Source of the DNA: Rhodoluna sp.
GTDB taxonomy: Bacteria > Actinomycetota > Actinomycetes > Actinomycetales > Microbacteriaceae
Length of the DNA: 64,000 nucleotides
Assembly: GCA_044342685.1 (NCBI GenBank)
Contig: JBIIPK010000006.1
Span: forward strand, 3,566-67,565
Reading direction: 5' to 3'
Part shown: positions 19,028 to 27,807 of the stretch, piece by piece
Layout of the letters: each line of letters starts with the position of its first letter
Position numbering within the stretch: position 1 is the first letter of the stretch
The notes under the pieces: generated by a model
What the model was told of the DNA's origin: nothing
The model's database searches: none
The model's input: the letters and a program-made list of their open reading frames with translations, nothing else
Translations under genes and position numbers: made by a program

Positions 19028-19838
19028 ATCTAGTCTTTATGACCGCAATCGATTCAGGATTCTGATCTATCAAAACAAAGTTTCTGCCTAGTTCAGCTGC
19101 TGCTGCACCTGTTGTTCCGGAACCTGCAAAGAAATCAAGAACTAAATCATTTTCTTTGCTGCTTGCTTGAATTACTCTTCTTAGAATTCCTAGAGGCTTC
19201 TGGGTTGGGTAACCAGTCTTTTCTTTACCGGTTGGAGAGACGATGGTGTGCCACCAAACATCAGTTGGTAGTTTTCCTTTAGCTACTTTCTCAGGAGTGA
19301 CAAGCCCTGGAGCCATGTAAGGTTCACGATCAACACTTTCATTGTTGAAGTAATACTTATCTGGGTTCTTCACGTAAACAAGAATTGTGTCGTGCTTAGC
19401 AGGCCAACGAGACTTAGCCTTACCTCCATAGTCATACGCCCAAATAATTTCATTGATGAAGCACTCTCTGCCGAATAGTGCATCAAGAAGTACTTTGGCG
19501 TAGTGAGCTTCACGGTAATCCAGATGAAGGTACAGAGTTCCTGTTTCATTTAGTAGTCGCCATGCTTGTTCAAGCCTTGGCTCTAGAAAACCCCAGTAGT
19601 CCTTGAACTCATCGTCATAGCTGAGGATGGTTTCTTTGACTATCTCGTAGCGTTGACCTTTAAAGCCAATGCGGTTACCGGTCTCAGTTCTTGTAGTTTT
19701 AGAACTTCCCCTTGATTGAACTCTGCCTGTATTAAAGGGAGGGTCAACATATATCAGTTGAACACTTTCATCAGGCATAGACTGCAGAACAGCAAGGTTA
19801 TCCCCCTGGATAACTCGGTATTTAGAATTGTTCTGCAC
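18993..19838 (-). CDS. Beta-class N6-adenine (or N4-cytosine) DNA methyltransferase, no adjacent restriction enzyme
   Basis: Catalytic motif IV IYVDPPFNTG is near the N-terminus and SAM motif I LDFFAGSGTTGAAA near the C-terminus (IV-then-I order = beta class). GTG start at 19838. Confidence 0.8.
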   Translation of the reverse strand: MQNNSKYRVIQGDNLAVLQSMPDESVQLIYVDPPFNTGRVQSRGSSKTTRTETGNRIGFKGQRYEIVKETILSYDDEFKDYWGFLEPRLEQAWRLLNETGTLYLHLDYREAHYAKVLLDALFGRECFINEIIWAYDYGGKAKSRWPAKHDTILVYVKNPDKYYFNNESVDREPYMAPGLVTPEKVAKGKLPTDVWWHTIVSPTGKEKTGYPTQKPLGILRRVIQASSKENDLVLDFFAGSGTTGAAAAELGRNFVLIDQNPESIAVIKTRFSALPVSFETF

Positions 19839-19855
19839 AGAAAGAGATTAACATC

Positions 19856-20149
19856 ATGAACCCACATGTTTTGCACAATAAGGAACTATCTCGCTACGAG
19901 ATCTGGCTTGGAGACGAAAGAATCGGTCTCGTTGACTACGTGGATGTGGATGGTGAGCTACAGATCACTCATACAGAGGTTGACCCTGCTCACCAAGGTA
20001 AGAACTATGCGGCTATCTTGACCCGTGAAGCACTGGCAGACATTGATGCTAATAATCTAGGTAAAGTCTGGCCTGTATGCCCTTACACAGTTGTTTATAT
20101 GAAGAGGCATCCAGAGACACACCATCTTCTATCTAGGGAATTGAACTAA
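19856..20149 (+). CDS. Small GNAT-like (YjdJ-type) N-acetyltransferase-fold protein
   Basis: 97 aa. The pattern ...RYEI......G...Y......L.ITHTEV.P...G...A..L...AL.......K..P.CPY is typical of the short GNAT-like family. Confidence 0.5.
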   Translation: MNPHVLHNKELSRYEIWLGDERIGLVDYVDVDGELQITHTEVDPAHQGKNYAAILTREALADIDANNLGKVWPVCPYTVVYMKRHPETHHLLSRELN

Positions 20150-21009
20150 GCGACGTTCTCTTTGATAAAGCCGATGAGGTCATGAATGACTTCATCTTTG
20201 TTTATCTCGTTATAGATCTCGTGTCTTGCATCGTGATAAATGATTGCTGTGACGTTCTCTAGTTCTGACTTATTTCTATAGGTGTTAGCAAGCATCTGGT
20301 TTCCACGCTCACCACCGATAGGGTCATCGCTTCCAGCTTGAATTAGTAGCGGAAGATCTTTCTTGATCTTCCTACTTGGGGTAAAGAAAAGTTGAATTGC
20401 ATTTGGAATACCAAAAACTTTTGCAGCTGCTGCATAGAAAGTGTGTTTGTCAGCTACGAAGTCAAGACCAACCTGCTTATCTCTGCTTAACCACTCGTAA
20501 CCGGTAGCACCAGGTTCTTTATCCCACTTCTTGTTGAAGGCCCCTGCTCCAAGAACACCTGGCAGTAGTAGTGATGAACCTGAGAGAACAACTGCATCAT
20601 ATTCATACGAGTATTGGTTGATTAGTTTCTGAGCAATGAATGAACCATATGAATGCCCAATAAGAACAAACTTCACTCCTGGATTTTCAGTCTTGATTAG
20701 ATTGCTGAATTCATGAACTTGTTCAAAGGCAGCTTTGATGCCACCAGGACCTAAGTTACCTAAAGTTTTTGTTTGAGCACTAGCAACTTGTTTTTGACCA
20801 GTGACACCGTGACCTCTGTGGTCATCTGCATAAACACTGTAGCCAGCATCGTTTAGAGCTTTCGCTACGTGATCGTATCTTCTGCCATGGTCTCCGAGAC
20901 CGTGAGCGATTTGAACCACAGCTTTAGGTTTCGCAACAGGCCAAACGTAATAGGTAATTTCAACGCCGAATGAATCTGTGAACACTCTTGTAATTGGTAG
21001 GTCAGTCAT
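20146..21009 (-). CDS. Alpha/beta hydrolase (lysophospholipase / monoacylglycerol-lipase-like)
   Basis: Nucleophile elbow GHSYGS, oxyanion HGLGDH, C-terminal ...DARHE (His). Confidence 0.75.
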   Translation of the reverse strand: MTDLPITRVFTDSFGVEITYYVWPVAKPKAVVQIAHGLGDHGRRYDHVAKALNDAGYSVYADDHRGHGVTGQKQVASAQTKTLGNLGPGGIKAAFEQVHEFSNLIKTENPGVKFVLIGHSYGSFIAQKLINQYSYEYDAVVLSGSSLLLPGVLGAGAFNKKWDKEPGATGYEWLSRDKQVGLDFVADKHTFYAAAAKVFGIPNAIQLFFTPSRKIKKDLPLLIQAGSDDPIGGERGNQMLANTYRNKSELENVTAIIYHDARHEIYNEINKDEVIHDLIGFIKENVA

Positions 21010-21027
21010 GGCTTTACCTTACTCTTT

Positions 21028-21585
21028 TTACTTTGTTAACCAATCAGATTGAGCAGGTTCTCTGCCCTTAGGTAATGATGCTGCTTTATTCCACTGAGTA
21101 ATCCAGTCTGGAAGCACTGGAACTGGAGCATCCCTTCCTCCTGCCAATTCGTTTATCTCAGCAGGTGTTGGTGTGCCCTTAGGAGACTTCAAGAATCTAA
21201 GTTTCACAACAGCCTCAGCATAGATTTCACCTTTGACTACAAATCGTTGTCCGACAAAGAAGGCTTGCTCATCCCAACCCAATACCTTGGTTTCAATTTG
21301 AAACTTCAACCAAGGAGTAAGGGATTTTCTGAATGTGATTGTCTCTTGAACTACAACAGGATGAACCTTGTGCTTCTTTAGTTTCTGCCAGGTGCGAGCT
21401 CTTTTGAGTAGATCAAATCGAGCTAGGTCCAACAGGGTTAGATAAATTCCATTGTTCATGTGGAGGAAGATGTCGATATCAGTCGGCCACACTCTAAAAG
21501 ATCGAATGCTTGCATCGCCTGGCACTAGCTTGCTACGCCAGCGCCAACTCAAATGTGCCCATACAAGGCGGAACCAAAGTCTCAC
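21028..21585 (-). CDS. Hotdog-fold acyl-CoA thioesterase-like protein
   Basis: 185 aa. V.P.D.D...HMNNG.YL...DLAR pattern of 4HBT/THEM-like thioesterases. Confidence 0.5.
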   Translation of the reverse strand: MRLWFRLVWAHLSWRWRSKLVPGDASIRSFRVWPTDIDIFLHMNNGIYLTLLDLARFDLLKRARTWQKLKKHKVHPVVVQETITFRKSLTPWLKFQIETKVLGWDEQAFFVGQRFVVKGEIYAEAVVKLRFLKSPKGTPTPAEINELAGGRDAPVPVLPDWITQWNKAASLPKGREPAQSDWLTK

Positions 21586-21599
21586 TTATTGACTGTTGC

Positions 21600-23561
21600 T
21601 TACCAGATAGAAACGCGCTTGTCAGGCTCTAGCCACATCGCATCATTCTCAGTGACACCAAATGCCTCATAGAAGGAATCGAAGTTACTTGCAACCTGGT
21701 TACAGCGGAACTCGCTTGGTGAGTGTGGGTCGGTCGCTAGACGCTGAATAGCAATAGCTTGTCTTGACTTACCTCTCCAGATAAGGCCCCATGACATAAA
21801 GAATCTCTGAGCTCCGGTTAGTCCATCGATTACTGGAGGCTCTTCGCCCTTCAAGCTCATTAGGTATGCCTTGTAAGCAATTGTGATTCCACCAAGGTCA
21901 CCGATGTTCTCACCAATAGTAAGAGCACCGTTTACTTTGTATTCCTCACTCAAACCCTCAGGAGTTAGTTCGTCATACTGAGCAATAAGTTGCTTGGTTA
22001 GTTCTTCGAAAGCAGCTCTGTCTTCATCAGTCCACCAAGAAATAAGTGCACCGTCTCCGTCATACTTTGATCCCTGGTCATCGAAACCGTGACCAATCTC
22101 GTGACCAATAACTCCACCGATACCACCGAAGTTAACTGCATCGTCAGCATCCAAGCTAAAGAATGGTGCCTGAAGGATTGCGGCAGGGAAGACGATTTCG
22201 TTGAAACCTGGGTTGTAGTAAGCGTTGACTGTCTGAGGAGTCATGTGCCACTCTTCGCGATCTAGCGGAGCACCAATCTTTGCTGCTTCCTTAGCTAGCT
22301 GCCAAGCAGATGAACGGTTTATGTTTCCAACCAAATCATTTCTGTCGATAGCTAGAGCTGAGTAGTCTTTCCACTTGCTTGGGTAACCAATCTTTGGGTT
22401 GAACTTAGAAAGCTTAATCAAAGCCTTCTTCTTAGTCTCTTCAGTCATCCAAGTTAGGTTTGTGATGCTCTCGCGGTAAGCCTCAATCAACCAGTGAACT
22501 AGTTCATCCATCTTCTCTTTAGCTGCAGGTGGGAAGTGCTTAGCAACATAGATTTCTCCAACTGCTTCACCAAGTGCACCTTCAACAAGCTGGACTCCGC
22601 GCTTCCAACGTGCACGCATCTCTGGCTGACCTGTAAGTGTCTTGCCATAGAAATCAAAACGTGTGTTAACAAAGTCATCACTTAGGTAAGGAGCTGTTGA
22701 GTTAATAACCTGCCACTGCAACCACAACTTAACTGCATCTAGGTTTGCCTCGTTGTATACAGAATCCAATCCTTCAAAGAATGAAGGTGTCATTACAACG
22801 CTCTCAAAAAGAATCTTTGAATCTAGTTGCATTCCCTTAAGGTAAGCATCCCAATCGAATGTAGGAGTCATCTTCTTTAGGTGTTCAAATGTAATTAGGT
22901 TGTAAGTCTTTTCTGCATCACGAGTTTCAACAACATTCCAGTGAAGCTTTGAAAGCTTTGTTTCAAAGTTCATGATGGTCTGTGCATCTTTATCTGCATC
23001 TGCTGCTGACCAACCTGCGTGCTGCAACATGTTAGAGATGTATGGAACGTAAGCATCTCTATATGCTGCGTACTTCTCATCGTGGTAGTAAGACTCGTCT
23101 GGTAGACCTAGTCCACCCTGGTACATGTTGATTAGGTAGCGCTCTGGGTTACCTGGATCGTTGTTGACATACATGCCAAAGATTCCGCTTACTACTCCAC
23201 GCTCTAGTTCACCTAGAAGATGTGTGATTCCAGCGAAGTCTGACTTAGCAATACGAGCTAGATCTTCAGCAATAGGAGCTGCACCTAATTCGTTCGCTCT
23301 TGCCTCATCCAGGAACGATGCATACATGTCACCTATCTGCTGGCTAACACCTGGCTTTGAGTTTGCTTGAGCCTCTTCAAGAATTGCTTTCACAGCATCT
23401 TCTGAGTCATCACGGAGCTTATAGAACGAACCGTGCACAGCCTGATCGGCTGGAATGTCCTCGTTCTTCAGCCAGTCACCGTTGGTGTGGCGGAAAAGGT
23501 CGTCCTGTGGACGAACGTTGTGGTCGAAACCCTTAGTGTTAATTCCTTTAATGTCAGTCAT
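21600..23561 (-). CDS. pepO: M13-family zinc metalloendopeptidase (PepO/neprilysin-like)
   Basis: HEIGHGFD zinc motif and downstream GENIGDLGG. 653 aa with no obvious signal peptide. Confidence 0.9.
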   Translation of the reverse strand: MTDIKGINTKGFDHNVRPQDDLFRHTNGDWLKNEDIPADQAVHGSFYKLRDDSEDAVKAILEEAQANSKPGVSQQIGDMYASFLDEARANELGAAPIAEDLARIAKSDFAGITHLLGELERGVVSGIFGMYVNNDPGNPERYLINMYQGGLGLPDESYYHDEKYAAYRDAYVPYISNMLQHAGWSAADADKDAQTIMNFETKLSKLHWNVVETRDAEKTYNLITFEHLKKMTPTFDWDAYLKGMQLDSKILFESVVMTPSFFEGLDSVYNEANLDAVKLWLQWQVINSTAPYLSDDFVNTRFDFYGKTLTGQPEMRARWKRGVQLVEGALGEAVGEIYVAKHFPPAAKEKMDELVHWLIEAYRESITNLTWMTEETKKKALIKLSKFNPKIGYPSKWKDYSALAIDRNDLVGNINRSSAWQLAKEAAKIGAPLDREEWHMTPQTVNAYYNPGFNEIVFPAAILQAPFFSLDADDAVNFGGIGGVIGHEIGHGFDDQGSKYDGDGALISWWTDEDRAAFEELTKQLIAQYDELTPEGLSEEYKVNGALTIGENIGDLGGITIAYKAYLMSLKGEEPPVIDGLTGAQRFFMSWGLIWRGKSRQAIAIQRLATDPHSPSEFRCNQVASNFDSFYEAFGVTENDAMWLEPDKRVSIW

Positions 23562-23589
23562 GTGGTAATTCTAGGGCTGTTGAGAGCTC

Positions 23590-24522
23590 ATGTATATCTC
23601 TAAACTTAGAAGCGTGGAATTACAAAAAATTATCCTTTACTACGGCTTCACTCCTATATCGGACCCGGAGGCTGTAAAGCTATGGCAGCAGAACCTCTGC
23701 GAAAGCCTTGGCTTGAAGGGCAGAATCCTTATTTCTAAGCACGGGATCAATGGCACACTGGGTGGCGACATGTCAGCCCTAAAGAAGTATGTAAAGACCA
23801 CTAAGCAATACACAGGTTTTAGAAAGATCGACTTCAAATGGTCAATGGGTAATGGAAATGACTTCCCACGCCTAAAGGTCCGTGTTCGTAATGAACTGGT
23901 TGCCTTTGATGCACCAGATGCCATCAAGGTAACTGAAAAAGGTGTAACCAATGGTGGCAAGCACCTCAAGCCTGCCGCAGTTGACCAGCTGGTAGCTGAA
24001 AGAGGCGACGAAGTCGTCTTCTTTGATGGCAGAAATGCTTTTGAAGCAGCTATCGGTAAATTCAAGAACGCTATCGTCCCTGATGTTCAAACAACCCACG
24101 ACTTTGTAGCTGAAATTCAGAGCGGTAAGTATGACGATATTAAAGATCGTCCTGTAGTTACTTATTGCACAGGTGGAGTTCGCTGCGAGATCCTCAGCGC
24201 AATCATGATTGATAACGGATTCAAAGAGGTCTACCAGATTGATGGTGGAATCGTTAGATACGGAGAAAGCCAAGGAGATAAATCTCTATGGGAAGGTTCT
24301 CTATATGTATTCGATGACCGTCTAAACATTGACTTCACACCTGATGCTGTAACCATTGGTAAGTGTGAAAAGTGTGAAGGACCAACATCTACTTTCCGTA
24401 ACTGTCTATTCCTAGGTTGCCGTGACCTAATTCTTCTCTGTGATGACTGCAACGCAGATTCTGCGAACCTAGTGCACACAGATCAACACACCAGAGGTAA
24501 GCGTCGCCAACAGGTTGGCTAA
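23590..24522 (+). CDS. trhO: Rhodanese-domain tRNA U34 hydroxylase (UPF0176/YceA family)
   Basis: Rhodanese active-site loop YCTGGVRCE and a Cys-rich C-terminal tail (CEKCEG...C..LGC...C..C). Confidence 0.8.
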   Translation: MYISKLRSVELQKIILYYGFTPISDPEAVKLWQQNLCESLGLKGRILISKHGINGTLGGDMSALKKYVKTTKQYTGFRKIDFKWSMGNGNDFPRLKVRVRNELVAFDAPDAIKVTEKGVTNGGKHLKPAAVDQLVAERGDEVVFFDGRNAFEAAIGKFKNAIVPDVQTTHDFVAEIQSGKYDDIKDRPVVTYCTGGVRCEILSAIMIDNGFKEVYQIDGGIVRYGESQGDKSLWEGSLYVFDDRLNIDFTPDAVTIGKCEKCEGPTSTFRNCLFLGCRDLILLCDDCNADSANLVHTDQHTRGKRRQQVG

Positions 24523-24548
24523 ATACGAAATACAAGACTTAACGAAAT

Positions 24549-24577
24549 AAACCCCAGGTTTTTTACACCTGGGGTTT
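24549..24577. terminator. Bidirectional terminator hairpin
   Basis: AAACCCCAGGT-tttttac-ACCTGGGGTTT between convergent genes. Confidence 0.6.
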
Positions 24578-24608
24578 ATTTCTTATCTGAAAGGAGTGGA
24601 AATGAAAA

Positions 24609-25154
24609 TTATTTTGCTGCTGTTATGTTCTGAGTTGAAACTACGTTCACAAGTGAAACTGTGTAGTTACCTGGGTGAGGCAGCTTCAATGTGATTGTTT
24701 GTGAACCAGTTCCTGTTACAGCAACAGTGAAGCTGTGTCCGCCACGAACTGGAAGTGCTGTTGGAACAGGGCTTGCAGTTGGTGCAGGACTAGCTGTTGG
24801 AGCTGGGCTTGCCTTAACCTTCTTTACTTCTGTAACTAGAAGTTGGTAGGTTCCAGTTTCTGGAACATCAACGGTTACAGTTTGGGTTACAAACTTAGGG
24901 CCCTTCTGTGGACCGTGCTTATGTCCTTTACCTTGGTGACCTTTGCCGTGCTTGTCGCCAAGCTTTGGTGCCTTAGGAGAAGTGGTTGGGGATCCAATTG
25001 GAGAAGCTGTTGGGGATGCGACTACTGAAGAAGCGGTTGGCTTCACAGATCCGTTATTTGGATTCTTGTGAGCAAGAGCTGGGGATGCTAGAAGCAATGC
25101 TGAAACAGTGATTACTGAAGTTGAAATGATTGCTGCTTTGTTTCTTAGGTTCAT
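24609..25154 (-). CDS. Secreted protein of unknown function with an S/P/T-rich linker and a His/Lys/Gly-rich segment
   Basis: Signal peptide ...LLLASPALA|HK. GDKHGKGHQGKGHKHGPQKGPK block, three ASPAPT-type repeats, and two beta-rich segments. Confidence 0.5.
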   Translation of the reverse strand: MNLRNKAAIISTSVITVSALLLASPALAHKNPNNGSVKPTASSVVASPTASPIGSPTTSPKAPKLGDKHGKGHQGKGHKHGPQKGPKFVTQTVTVDVPETGTYQLLVTEVKKVKASPAPTASPAPTASPVPTALPVRGGHSFTVAVTGTGSQTITLKLPHPGNYTVSLVNVVSTQNITAAK

Positions 25155-25337
25155 GTCATCTACTTTCGTTTTTGTCTGACATAGACAATTTAGGGAAGAT
25201 TGCGATTTGACCTAACGAATTTCAGGTTTACTGCACCTTTTTGGCAGGTTCTTACCAGAAAGCCCTAATTTCTAAGCCCTTAGCCTTTTATTAGGGCTGT
25301 GACCTTAAACTTGTCATACAGCGAGTAAGGAAAAGTT

Positions 25338-26030
25338 TTGGGCTTTGTAGAGAACTTTGAACGTCGCCTTGAGTCATTGGTAAATGGTGCTTTCTCTAAG
25401 GCATTCAAATCACAGTTGCAGCCAGTTGAAATCAGTGCTGCTATCAAGGCCAAGATGGATGTCAGCGCTGCCGTAATCGGCAAAGACCGCATCCTTGCTC
25501 CTAATGAGTTCAAGGTTTCACTATCTCAACAAGACCTATTTCGCTTGAATTCAATGGGTGATCACCTAATCCCTGAAATTACAAGACAGGTGAACTCCCA
25601 CGTCAAGAGACAGCGCTACCAGCTAACCGATGGATTGAACATATCTTTATCTGCCTCATCTTCTCTGGCAGTTGGTCAGATCCAGGTAACTGCCAGTGGC
25701 AGCAAAGCAGCCCAGGTAGCAAACGTAACCTGGGTTCCAGCAATAGACATTGCTGGCAAGAGATACCTTCTAGCTAAAGCACAGACAACTATTGGTAGAG
25801 ATGCTGTTGCTGATATTCAGGTGAATGACTCAGGTCTATCAAGAAAGCACTTTGCAATTAACTGGGATGGGTCTAGTGCAACTGTTGAAGACCTAGGTTC
25901 TACTAATGGCACCAGCGTTGCTGGTAGAGATGTGAAACTACAAGACATCGGTGCTGACACTGTTATTAAAGCTGGAAGAACTGAATTTGTATTTCGAGTT
26001 ATCGCTAAGAACCAAGGAGAGTCGGCATGA
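25338..26030 (+). CDS. fhaA: FHA-domain protein FhaA (DUF3662 N-domain + FHA)
   Basis: Start (TTG) MGFVENFERRLESLVNGAFSKAF is the canonical FhaA N-terminus. C-terminal FHA domain (TIGRD...SRKH......STNGT). Confidence 0.85.
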   Translation: MGFVENFERRLESLVNGAFSKAFKSQLQPVEISAAIKAKMDVSAAVIGKDRILAPNEFKVSLSQQDLFRLNSMGDHLIPEITRQVNSHVKRQRYQLTDGLNISLSASSSLAVGQIQVTASGSKAAQVANVTWVPAIDIAGKRYLLAKAQTTIGRDAVADIQVNDSGLSRKHFAINWDGSSATVEDLGSTNGTSVAGRDVKLQDIGADTVIKAGRTEFVFRVIAKNQGESA

Positions 26031-26551
26031 GTGAATTAGCTCTCTTTATTGTTCGTGCAGGTTTTCTTGTAATTCTGTGGTTGTTTGTGCTGAGCATTAT
26101 TTCAATCATTCGAGCTGATCTTTTCAGTGAAAGAGTTTTATCCAAAGTAGTTGAAAAGAATTTGCCTACTTCTGTTTCTTCACCAACAACCGGACTCACT
26201 AGCGTAGGTAATTTCTCAACAGCACCAGGATCTGCAACTATCGTTTCTGCAATAAGTGAAACACCTCAAACTCTTGTAGTTATCGATGGACCGCTACAAG
26301 GTCTTGAGATGGTTCTTGATCGCAGAGAGATTCGAATAGGTAGAGCACCTAACAATGAATTTGTAATTGAAGATGACTATGCATCTTCACAGCACGCTCG
26401 TCTTCAGAAGACAGATGAGGGTTGGTTGCTTCAAGATCTAAATTCAACTAACGGCACTTATGTTGATGGGGCAAGAATTGGTGCACCTGTTTCAATCAAG
26501 CAGGAGATGCAAATTCGTATTGGTAAAACAATCTTTGAGCTTAGAGGTTAG
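26027..26551 (+). CDS. fhaB: FHA-domain protein FhaB/FipA-like (N-terminal TM + FHA)
   Basis: TM helix followed by FHA (IRIGRAPNN.....D...S..HA.......GW...DL.STNGT). Confidence 0.85.
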   Translation: MSELALFIVRAGFLVILWLFVLSIISIIRADLFSERVLSKVVEKNLPTSVSSPTTGLTSVGNFSTAPGSATIVSAISETPQTLVVIDGPLQGLEMVLDRREIRIGRAPNNEFVIEDDYASSQHARLQKTDEGWLLQDLNSTNGTYVDGARIGAPVSIKQEMQIRIGKTIFELRG

Positions 26552-26553
26552 TT

Positions 26554-27807
26554 ATGGCCATCAGGATTGTTAGCTCATCTAGAAGTGACAAAGGTAAGGT
26601 TCGCGCTAGCAACCAAGACAGTGGTTATGCCGGTGTAAATCTTTACGTTGTTGCTGATGGTATGGGTGGTCATGCTGGTGGAGATATTGCTTCAGCACTT
26701 GCTACCCAGCACGTAGCTAAAGTCGATGATGTTTACGAAGATGGCGATCAGGCCATCAGTGCTCTGCTTGATTCAATGCGTGAAGCAAACAAGAATCTTT
26801 CTGAAACAGTAAGCAAGTTTGGTTACCTAGCTGGCATGGGTACCACCATGGATGCAGTTATCTTCACCGACAACATCGCAAACATTGCACACATTGGTGA
26901 CTCACGTGTTTATCTCTTGCGCGATGGTGAGATGACACAAATTACAAAAGATCATACTTTTGTTCAACAACTAATTGATTCAGGAAGACTTACTGAAGAA
27001 GAAGCTCTTGTTCATCCAAGAAGAAATGTAATTCTTAGAGTTCTTGGTGACACATCTGAAGAACCAGAATTTGATATTCATCAACTAGAAGTAAGACCTG
27101 GCGACAGGTTGTTGCTCTGTTCTGATGGGTTATGTGGATTTGTTCCTTCTTACCTAATTGAAGAGAACATGAAGATTTCAAATCTTGATGAAGCCGTTGA
27201 GCTTCTCATTGATGAAACCAAAGAGTATGGTGCTCCAGATAACGTCACAGTACTACTTCTAGAAGTTCATGATGAAGCTGAGCTTGGTGAGTATCAGCAA
27301 CCAACCACTTGGTTAGGGTCTGCTGCTAATGAAGTCGTAATCAAACAGAACAGTGCTGGCCGCATCCTTGAGATGTTCAGCCCTAAAGCCTGGTTTGATG
27401 CTTTTAGAGATGTTGGCCGTAAAGAGACCTTCTATTCAGTCAATGACCCAGCCCTTGAGAAGGCTATTGGCGAGTTCAGTGGCAAGGTTAGATCTTGGAA
27501 GAAGCGTGGTCTAGCCCTAATGTTGGCCCTGGCTATCGTCACAGGTGGCTCTCTTTGGGGCATCTATTCATACATTCAGACTCGCTATTACCTAGGGGTT
27601 CAAGACGGCAACGTAGCTATCTTCCAGGGAATAAAAGAGAGCTTTGGCGGAATTGGTTTCTCCTCTTTGTATAAGGAATCAGATTTGAAGGTAGTAGACC
27701 TTCCTGAATTCCAACAAGAACTTATCTTGAAGAGCATCTCTGCTGAGAGCCTTGCAGATGCAGAAGCCAAGCTAAGCCAAATCCTTGAGAGTTCTAAAGA
27801 TGGCTAG
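26554..27807 (+). CDS. pstP: PP2C-family Ser/Thr phosphatase with C-terminal TM/extracellular tail
   Basis: RASNQDS, VADGMGGHAGGDIAS and CSDGL motifs. TM segment ALMLALAIVTGGSLWGIY. Confidence 0.9.
   Translation: MAIRIVSSSRSDKGKVRASNQDSGYAGVNLYVVADGMGGHAGGDIASALATQHVAKVDDVYEDGDQAISALLDSMREANKNLSETVSKFGYLAGMGTTMDAVIFTDNIANIAHIGDSRVYLLRDGEMTQITKDHTFVQQLIDSGRLTEEEALVHPRRNVILRVLGDTSEEPEFDIHQLEVRPGDRLLLCSDGLCGFVPSYLIEENMKISNLDEAVELLIDETKEYGAPDNVTVLLLEVHDEAELGEYQQPTTWLGSAANEVVIKQNSAGRILEMFSPKAWFDAFRDVGRKETFYSVNDPALEKAIGEFSGKVRSWKKRGLALMLALAIVTGGSLWGIYSYIQTRYYLGVQDGNVAIFQGIKESFGGIGFSSLYKESDLKVVDLPEFQQELILKSISAESLADAEAKLSQILESSKDG

Noticed and set aside
23640-24273. Two overlapping minus-strand ORFs (141 and 133 aa) opposite trhO.
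   Set aside because: The plus-strand gene has the rhodanese CTGGVRCE loop and full length. The antisense ORFs lack motifs and overlap each other in different frames.
25280-25513. 77-aa minus-strand ORF overlapping the fhaA start region.
   Set aside because: It overlaps the canonical FhaA N-terminus (MGFVENFERRLE...) in antisense and has no motif.
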